Positions 7,989 to 17,348 of a stretch of DNA of 64,000 nucleotides are shown piece after piece. This stretch comes from a virus. Position numbers and translations under genes: made by a program. The stretch is from the IMG/VR virus record IMGVR_UViG_3300045988_101835, one strand, 5' to 3'. The notes beneath the pieces were generated by a model. It made no database searches. It worked only from the letters and a program-made list of their open reading frames with translations, and was not told the DNA's origin. Numbering within the stretch: the first letter of the stretch is position 1; each line of letters starts with the position of its first letter.

Positions 7989-8108
7989 TTTTTAGATTGC
8001 CGCCGTCACTGCACTGATGGCTGACAGTTGCCTTTATATTGTGTGTGCCCTCTGGGGATCGCCATCGTGCAGGGTGGCGTCCCTTTGGGGGCTTTCTAGT
8101 TTGGGTCT

Positions 8109-11100
8109 ATGGGGTCAGTTAAGGATACGATACAGCGTCGGGGTGGTGTTGCTTCTGCCGTCAGCGACTTGCTTCTTACGGAGCGCAAGCTAGTAGGATT
8201 TCGGGAGTTTATTCTTTCTCCAGACTATATGGCTTTGGAGGGGGTCTATCCTTTCTGGTTGAAGGAGGCAGATAACATGCAGGATGACTTGTCTTCACTG
8301 GTGTTGACAGGCTCATTAGGAGGCGGCAAGTGCGTAGTTTACAGCGACTTGGTATCGACGGATCATGGGTACGTTCCTATTGGGTCTTTGGTTCCAGATG
8401 CGGGTTATGGCTTCACACCGTTCGAGGTTGGTGTCGAGCAGCCAGATGGTAGCTTTGCGCAGACGAGTCATTTCTACAAGGAGAAGGACGCGGAGGTGCT
8501 TCACTTGCGTTGTGCTAGTGGTCGGAGTTATAGTGGTACTGCGGATCATCCTCGGTTAGCTTATCGTGTCGGCTCGGATCGCGTTGAGTTGGTTCGCTGT
8601 GGCGACTTGCGTGTCGGTGATTATATCGCCCGCCGTTGGACAGGTAGTATCGAGTTGCATCCGGACGCAGATGAGGCTAAGCTTTATTGCTTGTATGGTG
8701 TCTGGCTTGGGGATGGTCATTTTGATAATGCTGTTCCTCACAATCCAGTTATAGGTTATTTGTCATGTGATACTTTAGCTGATTGGTGTCGTGAGGTTGA
8801 AGGCTATTTGACGAGTAATGCTCATATTTGTAAAGAGAGTGGCTGTCGGTTATATTCGTTGCCGTTGTATCGCTCTAGGCTTCGTGATTTTATAGGTGGT
8901 TACTGTGTCGCTAATACGAAGTATATTCACAGTGCTGCTTTCGGAAGTCGTGAGCGTGCATTTTACACGTTGTATGGTTTGCTTATTACAGATGGGTATG
9001 TAAATAAAGGTCATGGGACGCTTGGGTTTGCTACAGTTTCTCCGCGTTTGGCGGATGGTGTATGTAGCATTCTCGACTATCTTGGTTTGCAGTATAGCAT
9101 CCGGAAGCGTACAGATCGCAAGTATTTTTATAAGAAGGTTGGTGAGTGGCGTCCGGCGCAGGACAGTTATCGGATAACTATATCAGTTGAGTCATCGCAT
9201 GCTTTATACGATGCTATGCTAGCTTACGTTCCTCTCCTTGAGATGGATGCTCCGCATCAGCGTCGTCTTATTGAAGGGCTTCGTGCAGATTTTGAGGCTC
9301 GTGCTAGTAAGAGTTCTCGAATAAACTGTAAGACTACTTTCAAGTTAGAAGGTGCTGAGGTTGGCATAGTGGCGCAGCTGCGTTCGGTTCGTCAGTTGAC
9401 GGATGTGTCGACGCGAAATAAGTTTGATTCTTATGCTAGGACTACCCATTCTATGTTGGGGAATAAAGCTGCATCCAATCAGGCTTTCGAACGTTTGCGA
9501 GCGTGGTTGGAGGATCGAGGTCAGACGTTGCCGGACAACTTGGCTTCTTTTTGTGATGTTCGTTTTGACCGAATTGAGAGTATTGATACGACGGTTGAGG
9601 ATGTTTATGATGTTACAGTTCCTTCGACGCATTTGTTCATGTCGGGGAATGTGGTGAATCATAATACGTCTTACCTGAATATGGTTACTTGCTATAAGTT
9701 GTATTGCTGGTTTAGTCAGGGCGACTTGTATAACTATTTTCAAATCCTTCGTGGTACGCCTATTTACTTTTTGTACTTCTCTGTATCGATGAAGGCTGCG
9801 GAGCGTTCTGGTTTCAAGCAGTTGCGACAGATGATTGATAATGCCCCGTGGTTTAAAAATAATTTTCCGCGCCGTAAGGACATTCAGTCTTCCATTCAGT
9901 TTAATAATAATTTCTCAATTGAGTTTGCTTCGGGTGAGAGTCATGCTATTGGTTTGAATGTCGTTGGTGCTATTATTGACGAGGCTAATTTCAGGAATGG
10001 TGTCGGTCAGGGTACTGTTTCAGAGTATTCGGAGGTCCAGCGTTTGGCTCAGCAGTTGGAGGACCGTATGCATTCTCGTTTTACCCGTGAGGGCGGTAAG
10101 TTGATTTCTTTCATGGGGTACATTTCCTCGGCTTCTTATCAGTCTTCGTTTATCGAGGAGAAGGTTGCCGAGTTGGCATCTGATCCGCAGGGTCGTGTTA
10201 TTAATGCCGTTCAGTATAAGATTTGTCCTCAGAATTACTCGCCTAAGAAGTTCGAGGTGTTCTGTGGCTACCAGCAGATTTCCCCGTGTATTGTCCAGAG
10301 CAAGGAGCATAAGGCTACGCTTGTGAAGTCTATGAGTCTTCCGAAGTCTAAGGCGGAGGGTTATTTCGAGCGTGTTCCGGAGGATCTGAAGTCGCAGTTC
10401 AAGAAGAACATCTATCTGGCCATCCAGAATCATTGCGGACGTTCTACAGCGGCTAAGGGTAGCTTCATCACGAACTATGATGTCGTTCGCAAGGCGTATA
10501 GTGATGCGTTGCTTCGTGCGTGTCCTTTGGTTCAGAGTAGTATTGTTGTCTCGGATCAGGACGATACTCCTATCCGCTCTGTTCTGGATATTTCACGTTT
10601 ACAGTATACGGATCGTCCTCATGCCCTGTGCTTGGACTTGTCTTTGACGGGCGACCACGGTTCTTTGTGCTGTGTTCGGTTTGATGGCTATGCGGCAGAC
10701 GGCAGGGCTTTGCATAATGAGGTTTTCAACTTAGAGCTTGTTCCTCCGGCGTTTCCGGGGATGTTGAAGGTTTCGAAGGTCGAGGATTTCATTTTGTGGC
10801 TTGCAGAGCATTTGAATATTGTGGTTTTTAGTACTGACCAGTTCCAGTCCACGCAGCTTCGTCAGAATGTGTGCGAGGCTTTGATGCTTCCGGATATCCG
10901 CCTTTCTTTGGATAGTTCCGACATTCCTCATTTGTTGTGGCTTTCGATGTTAGTTGACGAGCGTCTTGGTCTTCTTTACTTGGAGCGTCAGGATCGAGAG
11001 ATTCGGGAGGCGGTCCATGATGTTGTCAAGCATAAGGTTGTCAAGCGTGACGGGTCTTCAGACGACCAGTTCCAGACTTTGGTCGGTGCCTTCTTCTTGT

Positions 11101-11414
11101 CGGAGACGATCTGTACGCAGGAGGGGGATATATCGTCCTTGCTTGATGCGCGCCTTAACTTGGTTGGTGCAGGTAATATTAACCGTATGCTTAAGTCGCT
11201 TGGCTATGGTGGCGTTGCTTTGGATGGCCGGGGTCAGGTTGCCCGTGCTGCTGTTTCGGACGTCGAGGCTCCGCGTCCGAGTGTCCGTTCGCTTCTGGAG
11301 GGTCGTGCTGCTTCGGGTCCGTCGTTTACGAGTTCTGATGTTATTGCTTCGATGACGCCGCGTCGTAGACGTGGTGGTGTCTGGGATTTGATTAATGGTT
11401 TGGGCGACAAGTGA
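8109..11414 (+). CDS. terL: terminase large subunit, interrupted by an intein
   Basis: The P-loop LTGSLGGGK|TS is split by the intein. A Walker B-like IIDEANF follows, with a nuclease-domain-sized C-terminus. It sits immediately upstream of the portal-position gene. Confidence 0.8.
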   Translation: MGSVKDTIQRRGGVASAVSDLLLTERKLVGFREFILSPDYMALEGVYPFWLKEADNMQDDLSSLVLTGSLGGGKCVVYSDLVSTDHGYVPIGSLVPDAGYGFTPFEVGVEQPDGSFAQTSHFYKEKDAEVLHLRCASGRSYSGTADHPRLAYRVGSDRVELVRCGDLRVGDYIARRWTGSIELHPDADEAKLYCLYGVWLGDGHFDNAVPHNPVIGYLSCDTLADWCREVEGYLTSNAHICKESGCRLYSLPLYRSRLRDFIGGYCVANTKYIHSAAFGSRERAFYTLYGLLITDGYVNKGHGTLGFATVSPRLADGVCSILDYLGLQYSIRKRTDRKYFYKKVGEWRPAQDSYRITISVESSHALYDAMLAYVPLLEMDAPHQRRLIEGLRADFEARASKSSRINCKTTFKLEGAEVGIVAQLRSVRQLTDVSTRNKFDSYARTTHSMLGNKAASNQAFERLRAWLEDRGQTLPDNLASFCDVRFDRIESIDTTVEDVYDVTVPSTHLFMSGNVVNHNTSYLNMVTCYKLYCWFSQGDLYNYFQILRGTPIYFLYFSVSMKAAERSGFKQLRQMIDNAPWFKNNFPRRKDIQSSIQFNNNFSIEFASGESHAIGLNVVGAIIDEANFRNGVGQGTVSEYSEVQRLAQQLEDRMHSRFTREGGKLISFMGYISSASYQSSFIEEKVAELASDPQGRVINAVQYKICPQNYSPKKFEVFCGYQQISPCIVQSKEHKATLVKSMSLPKSKAEGYFERVPEDLKSQFKKNIYLAIQNHCGRSTAAKGSFITNYDVVRKAYSDALLRACPLVQSSIVVSDQDDTPIRSVLDISRLQYTDRPHALCLDLSLTGDHGSLCCVRFDGYAADGRALHNEVFNLELVPPAFPGMLKVSKVEDFILWLAEHLNIVVFSTDQFQSTQLRQNVCEALMLPDIRLSLDSSDIPHLLWLSMLVDERLGLLYLERQDREIREAVHDVVKHKVVKRDGSSDDQFQTLVGAFFLSETICTQEGDISSLLDARLNLVGAGNINRMLKSLGYGGVALDGRGQVARAAVSDVEAPRPSVRSLLEGRAASGPSFTSSDVIASMTPRRRRGGVWDLINGLGDK
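8331..9665 (+). mobile_element. intein (445 aa) with a LAGLIDADG homing-endonuclease domain
   Basis: Starts at Cys (CVVYSDLV). Block B is GTADHP. The LAGLIDADG motifs are LYGVWLGDGHF and LYGLLITDGYV. It ends in VVNHN, followed by a +1 Thr. The insertion lies inside Walker A (GGGK/T). Confidence 0.8.
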
Positions 11415-11430
11415 TGCTGTTGGTTATGTG

Positions 11431-11450
11431 CAATTATATATCCTATAAAT
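11431..11450 (+). promoter_or_regulatory. late-promoter motif copy 2
   Basis: CAATTATATATCCTATAAAT, 14 nt upstream of ATG 11464. Confidence 0.6.
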
Positions 11451-11463
11451 TTATATTTTGATT

Positions 11464-12117
11464 ATGGTACGTAAGAAAGACGCTGCACAGTCTCAGAGTG
11501 CTGAAGTAGAAGTTAAGATTCCGTCGCAGTCTGCTGCGGACATTCCTGTTTTGTCGTTGGATGCTGTTCCTGCACCGCCTATGCCGGATGCGTCGGTTCC
11601 GTCCACTTCGGAGGATGCTATTGTTCCTCCTTTTGCAGGTGATCCTGCTTCGGTGAGTGTTGCACCTAATGGTGGTAAGAGCTTCGCCGAGTTGCTTTAT
11701 GAGGATGATGCTACAGGCGGTGTGGGTGCAGTTGCTTCGCCGTCTATGCCGAGTGCTTCCTTCGAGGAGCTTCCGGTTCTTGATATGGCGTTTATGCCTA
11801 AGCCTGACGCTGCTGTTGTCATGGATATTCCGAGTGAGAGTCCGTCTGTTGTTTCGCCGCAGCCTGCACCTGCTGGGAGTCTTCGTGATGCTATTGCTAA
11901 GCGTGGCGGCGCCTTTGGGTCGCGTGTTGGCATTAAGCAGCTCATTGCCGAGCGCGGTGGTGCTCAGCGTGAGGTTGCGGGTTTGGGCGTAAAAGCGGCC
12001 ATTGCTTCGCGTTCTTATCAGGGTGGTGGTGTTGGTGCATCTCGTGCCATTCGTGACCGCATGCAGGGCAGTATTCGTGCAGAGGCTGGTGTTTGCACGA
12101 CTAAGGTTGTAGGTTAA
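11464..12117 (+). CDS. hypothetical Ala/Pro/Ser-rich protein
   Basis: About 217 aa, low-complexity, located between terL and the portal-position gene. Confidence 0.45.
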   Translation: MVRKKDAAQSQSAEVEVKIPSQSAADIPVLSLDAVPAPPMPDASVPSTSEDAIVPPFAGDPASVSVAPNGGKSFAELLYEDDATGGVGAVASPSMPSASFEELPVLDMAFMPKPDAAVVMDIPSESPSVVSPQPAPAGSLRDAIAKRGGAFGSRVGIKQLIAERGGAQREVAGLGVKAAIASRSYQGGGVGASRAIRDRMQGSIRAEAGVCTTKVVG

Positions 12118-12128
12118 GACTTCATTTC

Positions 12129-13649
12129 ATGTATACTGGGGGTTTACAGTCATTAGGTTTAATGTTGGCGAATTTCCTCGGCATTCCGCCGGGGGTTTCG
12201 CTTCGTAGGACATACGGGAATCGCGGCACTTCCGCTAATGGGAATGGCTTGTCGGAGATTCTTGCCAATCATGATTTCATTAATTCGATTGTGGACATCA
12301 CGTCGGATGACGTGTGCGTAGGTAATTCTCCCGTGTACGTTTCGGGTCTGTCGTCTATTTCGAGTCCTGTTCTTAAGCAGCGCACGGAGGACATCTGTGC
12401 CGCTTTGAATAAGATCGTTCGTTGGGCTGCTGTCGACTTACTGAAGCATGGGTTGTCGATGTATGTTTTTCATTCTTACGAGGATCGTGTTGCGGGGCGG
12501 GTTAAGGCTTCGCTTGTTCCCTTCGTTGAGGATGTTAAGATTTACATGAAGCGTGACGGTTCTATTGTTTTCTATGATACGAAGGATCGTGTTGTCGAGA
12601 ATGTTCTTGTGTTCTTGAACTATTCTAAGGAGTCTCTGGTTAAGATTGAGTCCGGGTCTCATGACAATTCGATGTCGGACGCCGAGTGGGATGAGATGCT
12701 CTATGAGGTTACGCCGGAGCCTATTCAGCTTAAGAACGTTTCATCGGTTGCTCAGGACTTGTATGGTCTTGAGCGTTCTATGTATAGCTATCGCAATAAG
12801 TTGGCGCGTATCGTGCGGTTTATAACGGTTGATGTCGGTAACTCGCAGGGGGAGCGCACTCAGGAGATTATAGACGATATATCTCAGACTATCAATGCTG
12901 ATTCTCAGTCGTTACAGCCCACGATGACGCCCAACACGGATTTTGCGGACGGTATCTCTATTCATCCTCACCGTAAAGGTATCGGCAAGCCGGAGCTTGT
13001 TGAGAACGTTCCGGATTTCGATATTTCGAAGATGGCGGACTTGGATTATACGCTTGGTCGTCTTTTTCTGGCTACTCGCTTTCCTAAGACGTATGCCGAC
13101 TTTAACACGAATTTGAATGAGACTACTGTTTCGTTGATTCGTGGTGATATTCGGTATGCTCGTATGGTTGCTCATTGCCGCTTCAATATTGAGGATACGA
13201 TTAACAACTGGTTCCGGTCTTCGTCTAAGGAGCTTGACTCGTCGGATGTTTACTTCCGGTTGGTTAAGTTGCCTACGTCGGAGGATACGGATGTTGTCGA
13301 TACGCTTACGTCGTTTGCGGAGTTTTCCAATAATTTCATTGAGACTTTGGATAACGCAGAGACGCGTGAGGCGGCTCTCAATTACCTTCAGTCTATGGAG
13401 TCATTGTTGGATGATACTTCCAACTTGAGTTCGGTTCAGAATTGGTTCGAGCTTATGCGTTCGTACATCAACGATAAGTTCGATGCTTTGGACCGTGACG
13501 AGGAGAATGCTGCCGCGCAGGAGGCTGCCGCCCTTGAGGGGCTTGGTGCTTCGCTTCCGGCGGACGAGGGCGCTGCTGAGGATGCGGTTGCTGCAGATAT
13601 GGCTGCTGCCGCGGAGGAGTTCGAGGCACCGCCTGCAGTTCCGGAGTAG
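12129..13649 (+). CDS. portal protein (assigned by position and size)
   Basis: 506 aa, directly downstream of terL, with an acidic Ala/Glu-rich C-terminal tail. No diagnostic motif was read. Confidence 0.45.
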   Translation: MYTGGLQSLGLMLANFLGIPPGVSLRRTYGNRGTSANGNGLSEILANHDFINSIVDITSDDVCVGNSPVYVSGLSSISSPVLKQRTEDICAALNKIVRWAAVDLLKHGLSMYVFHSYEDRVAGRVKASLVPFVEDVKIYMKRDGSIVFYDTKDRVVENVLVFLNYSKESLVKIESGSHDNSMSDAEWDEMLYEVTPEPIQLKNVSSVAQDLYGLERSMYSYRNKLARIVRFITVDVGNSQGERTQEIIDDISQTINADSQSLQPTMTPNTDFADGISIHPHRKGIGKPELVENVPDFDISKMADLDYTLGRLFLATRFPKTYADFNTNLNETTVSLIRGDIRYARMVAHCRFNIEDTINNWFRSSSKELDSSDVYFRLVKLPTSEDTDVVDTLTSFAEFSNNFIETLDNAETREAALNYLQSMESLLDDTSNLSSVQNWFELMRSYINDKFDALDRDEENAAAQEAAALEGLGASLPADEGAAEDAVAADMAAAAEEFEAPPAVPE

Positions 13650-13674
13650 GCTTGGAGTATGCAGGTATAGGTTG

Positions 13675-13713
13675 GACGGAGGGTTATGCTATGGTGTTGC
13701 TCTCCGTCTTTTT
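13675..13713 (+). terminator. rho-independent terminator
   Basis: Stem GACGGAG (13675-81) pairs with CTCCGTC (13702-08), followed by TTTTT. Confidence 0.6.
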
Positions 13714-13723
13714 GGTCTTAGGA

Positions 13724-13755
13724 TTTGCATAATAAAATTAATATCTTTATATTTG
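13724..13755 (+). promoter_or_regulatory. Bacteroidota-type promoter of the toxin-antitoxin-like cassette
   Basis: TTTG (13724-27), 20-nt spacer, TATATTTG (13748-55). Confidence 0.55.
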
Positions 13756-13776
13756 TGTTATAAAATTGGTGACTTT

Positions 13777-14028
13777 ATGAGTGACTTTATAACTGCAATT
13801 TGTGATTTTGAAGATGATGATGCTCGTCCTCTTTCGGAGCGGGTCAATGATGCTGACTTTGACGAGGCTGCGTGGTTAGCACAGGCTACGGAGGATGCAC
13901 GTGCGGAGGGGTTTGCTGATCCTGAGCGTGTAGCTCGCAATTATCTTTACACTCTGCGTCATCCTTTTGAAGAGCGAGTGCCGTTGGAGGATGTTTTAGC
14001 TAAGCTTCGTGCGACTTACGGCATATAA
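13777..14028 (+). CDS. small acidic antitoxin-like protein, paralogue 1
   Basis: 83 aa. Contains DFDEAAWLAQATEDARAEGFADP and a C-terminal VPLEDVLAKLR. Its 3' end overlaps the start of the RelE-like gene by 20 nt, a typical TA operon arrangement. Confidence 0.5.
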   Translation: MSDFITAICDFEDDDARPLSERVNDADFDEAAWLAQATEDARAEGFADPERVARNYLYTLRHPFEERVPLEDVLAKLRATYGI

Positions 14029-14299
14029 GGTTGTTTTTCGTAAGTCTGCTTTAAAGGCTTTTGAGAAGTATATCGATAGGATTCAGCCAGCTAGGCGTGC
14101 GAGAGCTTTAGAGGTGGTAGAGTCTTTAGCTGTTTCTCCACGTAGTGGTATTGGAGCCAAGCATATGCTTAAGGGTTCTTTTAATAGGCGGTGGGCTTGT
14201 TCTGTGACTCCTTCGGCGCGGCTTTTGTATCATATTGAGGATGATGTGTTGGTAGTCGATATATTTGATTTTAGTGTTGATCATTATAGGGATGTTTAG
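14009..14299 (+). CDS. RelE/ParE-superfamily toxin-like protein
   Basis: 96 aa. The N-terminus AYKVVFRKSALKAFEKY and the C-terminus ARLLYHIEDDVLVVDIFDFSVDHYRDV fit the RelE/StbE pattern. The start is GTG, so it is uncertain. Confidence 0.6.
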   Translation: MRLTAYKVVFRKSALKAFEKYIDRIQPARRARALEVVESLAVSPRSGIGAKHMLKGSFNRRWACSVTPSARLLYHIEDDVLVVDIFDFSVDHYRDV

Positions 14300-14309
14300 C
14301 TTTGACTCT

Positions 14310-14477
14310 ATGGATTTTGATGAGTCTGCGTGGTTAGCACAGGCTACGGAGGACGCGCGTGCGGAGGGTTTTGCTAATCCTCGTGAGGTGGCTGTTTCTT
14401 GTTTGGATGTTTTACGCAAGCGTCCCATGAAGACAATCACTTTGTCTGAGTTTCTCTCTAAGTATCGTTCTGAGTGA
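14310..14477 (+). CDS. small acidic antitoxin-like protein, paralogue 2
   Basis: 55 aa (MDFDESAWLAQATEDARAEGFANP...). Shares a 28-nt perfect DNA repeat with paralogue 1. Confidence 0.5.
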   Translation: MDFDESAWLAQATEDARAEGFANPREVAVSCLDVLRKRPMKTITLSEFLSKYRSE

Positions 14478-14505
14478 TGTGTGCTTTTAGGCATTTCGTG
14501 GGGTT

Positions 14506-14697
14506 ATGTGTTTAATTGATTACGATTTCGATTCTCCGGATTTTGATGAGTCATCTTGGCTTGCTGCCATGTCCGATGCTTTAGCGGCGGAGGGTTTTGC
14601 TGACTCGGATGCAATGGCTCGGGACCTGTTGGAGAGTCGACGTCATCCGGAGCAGGTATGCTCTCTGGAGGATGTATTTGCAGAGTTTGGGTTGTAG
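14506..14697 (+). CDS. small acidic antitoxin-like protein, paralogue 3
   Basis: 63 aa (...DFDESSWLAAMSDALAAEGFADS...SLEDVFAEFGL). It follows the same motif order as paralogues 1 and 2. Confidence 0.5.
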   Translation: MCLIDYDFDSPDFDESSWLAAMSDALAAEGFADSDAMARDLLESRRHPEQVCSLEDVFAEFGL

Positions 14698-14715
14698 TGT
14701 TAGTTACTGTGTGTT

Positions 14716-15345
14716 ATGGCCAAGCAGAATAAACCAATAAGATTGACCAAGTCGAATACCCGCAAGTATCCGAGCAGTTCGCCTTCGCGTAGTAGCTCCG
14801 TTATGAAGACGAAGCCGTCGTCTTTGAATTATAAGAAGTTTCTCTCTGAGCGAGATTTCTTGAAGGTCGCTAAGCGTGCAAGCATGGTGCAAGGTTGGTC
14901 CTTGTCCTCCATTGACTTCGCAGGCAATGAGCTTCGCTTCTTGGTTAATTCTGTAACACGTCCCGGCATTAAGTATACGATTATCGTTCAGGTCAATCCC
15001 ATTGCTAAGAGCGTGATGATCGACAAGAAGGCTAAGCTGTATAAGATACTGCAGGACGCGGGTTTGAAGATATTTTGCAGTTGTCCTGCTTGGGGTTACT
15101 TCGGCTACTCTTATAAGGCTTGGCGTCAGGGCTATGGTATATTTCCAGAGACACGTTATCCTCACATTCGCAATCCACATTTGCGCGGCTTCGTGTGTAA
15201 GCATTTGCATTATGTGATGCGGCTCTGGCCCTTCCTTTCTCGACAGATTGCGAAGCAGTTCCGGGATTACTGGACTAAGGAGCAGTTGGAGCAAATTGAT
15301 GATGCTATTGAATATGCTTTGAAGGGTATCAAGATTGATTTTTAG
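14716..15345 (+). CDS. SWIM zinc-finger protein
   Basis: 209 aa. CSCPAWGYFGYSYKAW...GFVCKHLH matches the CxC-x(n)-CxH SWIM signature. Confidence 0.5.
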   Translation: MAKQNKPIRLTKSNTRKYPSSSPSRSSSVMKTKPSSLNYKKFLSERDFLKVAKRASMVQGWSLSSIDFAGNELRFLVNSVTRPGIKYTIIVQVNPIAKSVMIDKKAKLYKILQDAGLKIFCSCPAWGYFGYSYKAWRQGYGIFPETRYPHIRNPHLRGFVCKHLHYVMRLWPFLSRQIAKQFRDYWTKEQLEQIDDAIEYALKGIKIDF

Positions 15346-15399
15346 TTTTGTTTAGTTTTACATTTGGTTTCATATAAGGAGGTTTGGTCCTCCGGTTTG

Positions 15400-15446
15400 C
15401 CTCGGGTGTTGCATGACGTCAGTCGTGCAATGTCCGAGGGTTTTTG
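15400..15446 (+). terminator. rho-independent terminator (long hairpin)
   Basis: An 18-bp stem (including G.U pairs) spans 15400-15439 with loop GTCA, followed by GTTTTTGTTT. Confidence 0.7.
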
Positions 15447-15452
15447 TTTGTG

Positions 15453-15472
15453 CAATTATATATCCTTAAAAT
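15453..15472 (+). promoter_or_regulatory. late-promoter motif copy 3
   Basis: CAATTATATATCCTTAAAAT, 21 nt upstream of ATG 15493. Confidence 0.6.
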
Positions 15473-15492
15473 TAAAAATTGTTTTAGGATAT

Positions 15493-17307
15493 ATGGCAAA
15501 GTTGATTCCTATGGTTCGTGAGTTCAACACGTCTCCGGTTGCGGAGCTTGACGTGCTGTCTCACAACATTTCGGTTATAGCTTCGGAGCTTGGTGTTGAG
15601 TATGCTACTCCGGTCTCGACTGTTTCTTTCGTCCGTGCTGTTGGTGACGGTAACGAGTTCACGGTTACGGTTGATGCTGTTTCTGCGGAGTCGAAAGTGG
15701 GAGTTGTTACTCTCCTTGTTGATCGTGATTCGGATGTAGAGTATACTATTTCGGCGGAGGGCTTCGAGGATATTACGGGCACTTTGTATGTTTCGGATGT
15801 CAATGCTCAGGTCCTGCTTCCTCGGTTTACTGCTGTAAGTAGTGATGAGAAGTTTACTGTCACGGTGTCGGCCACTCCGTCGGATGCTACGGTTAAGATC
15901 AACGGCCAGTCTGTTTCGGAGTTGGAGGTTGCCGCGGGATCGAATGTTTCGTGGTCTGTGTCTAAGGACGGTTACATTCCTCAGTCGGGCAACATTCAGT
16001 CTATTTCCAAGGATGAGACTGTTACTGTTACGCTGGAGGCCGATGCTATCGAGTCGTATAGTGACGTTGCCGTTGTCCTGAGTTACGCGGGCACTCCGGT
16101 TGCTGCTTCCGGCGGTACGGTTACTCCTACTGTTTCTTATTCTCAGATTGCTTCTTATAAGTCTGGTAAGACGGAGACCATTACTTCGGGTGGTTCTGTT
16201 TCATTCTCCGGCGATGATGTAGATACTGTTTCGGGTTCTGTTGATGTTCCGAGCGCTGGTACTACTGTTTCGGATGTCACCTTGATTACCACGGCTACCT
16301 GCACTGTTTCGCTGAATGGCAAGAGCGGTTCTGCTTCTGCCGAGATTAACCGTGCTGCTAATACTGTAGAGTATAGTGCACCTGTTGTTTCGGGTGGCAC
16401 CTACGCTGAGATTCCTGCAGGCGGCGGCAGCTCGACTCCGTCGGGTCTTTCTTATACTCAGACTGCCACTTACAGTTCTGGTTCGTCTGAGGCCATCGCC
16501 ACAGGCGGTGATGTTACCTACAGTATGCCTACTGTTGAGGGTCTGACTTTGGCTAGTGCTTCGACGGGTGAGGTTTCGGGTACTGATCGTGGTTCTGTTG
16601 CAGGTGACGCTATCTCTGGTACTGTTACAGCTACGGTTAGCTTGAATTCCAAGTCTGGCACGCTGGAGATGCCTGTTTCGCAGGCCGCCAATGAGGCAAC
16701 CTACGGGGATGTTTCGGTTGTCGTAGGCGCTATCGCTGATATTCCTGCTTCGGGTGGCGAGGCTGTTGTTGGTGATGTTACTTGCACGCAGGCTGTGTCT
16801 TATACGTCTGGCGCATCTTTGGAGAATCCGATTGAGGATTATACTGTGTCTAGTCCTCTGCCGTCCGCTTCGGATTTGTCTACGACGGTTAAGGAGCGCA
16901 CGAAGGTTGGTACTGTTACTGTTACGGCTACGGGTCAGGGTGATAAGTCCGGTACGGGTTCTGCTGATGTCTATCAGGCGGCTAATGTTGCCACGTATGG
17001 TGACGCTACGGTTTCTTTGACTTATCCTGACATTCCTGCTGAGGGTGGTAGTGTTAATCCTAACGCTTTGACGGGTACTCAGTCTGTATCTTATACTTCG
17101 GGTGCTTCGGAGTCGGATGTTTTCGAGGTGGAGGGTTCTCCGGTGTATAGCGGCACGAATGTCGATCCGAGCACGGGTACTGTTACAGCAGAGGCTACGG
17201 AGTCCGCTTCTCGCACTCTTATTACTACGGCTTCGGTTTCTGTTCAGAGCCACGGCAAGACGGCTACGGCTTCTGCTGAGGTTTATCAGGCCGCTAAGAC
17301 GGAGTAG
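15493..17307 (+). CDS. Ig-like repeat protein (candidate Hoc-like capsid decoration or fibre protein)
   Basis: About 604 aa, Thr/Ser/Val/Gly-rich. It has about four tandem units of roughly 95 aa, each ending in Q-A-A-N-x-x-x-Y. The N-terminal roughly 45 aa are shared with the next gene. The track ORF start (15364) lies inside the terminator and promoter, so it is rejected. Confidence 0.5.
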   Translation: MAKLIPMVREFNTSPVAELDVLSHNISVIASELGVEYATPVSTVSFVRAVGDGNEFTVTVDAVSAESKVGVVTLLVDRDSDVEYTISAEGFEDITGTLYVSDVNAQVLLPRFTAVSSDEKFTVTVSATPSDATVKINGQSVSELEVAAGSNVSWSVSKDGYIPQSGNIQSISKDETVTVTLEADAIESYSDVAVVLSYAGTPVAASGGTVTPTVSYSQIASYKSGKTETITSGGSVSFSGDDVDTVSGSVDVPSAGTTVSDVTLITTATCTVSLNGKSGSASAEINRAANTVEYSAPVVSGGTYAEIPAGGGSSTPSGLSYTQTATYSSGSSEAIATGGDVTYSMPTVEGLTLASASTGEVSGTDRGSVAGDAISGTVTATVSLNSKSGTLEMPVSQAANEATYGDVSVVVGAIADIPASGGEAVVGDVTCTQAVSYTSGASLENPIEDYTVSSPLPSASDLSTTVKERTKVGTVTVTATGQGDKSGTGSADVYQAANVATYGDATVSLTYPDIPAEGGSVNPNALTGTQSVSYTSGASESDVFEVEGSPVYSGTNVDPSTGTVTAEATESASRTLITTASVSVQSHGKTATASAEVYQAAKTE

Positions 17308-17348
17308 TTCTTTTGGTTTAAAACTTACTTTTCTAAATTTTTGTACAT

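Noticed and set aside
13483-13776. The N-terminal 98 codons of track ORF 13483..14028. The same reasoning applies to 50382..50567, 15364..15492, 32151..32195 and 28689..28730.
   Set aside because: These extensions are off-frame read-through of the preceding gene's 3' end, or they run through terminators and promoters. The motif-bearing proteins start at internal ATGs placed just after regulatory elements.
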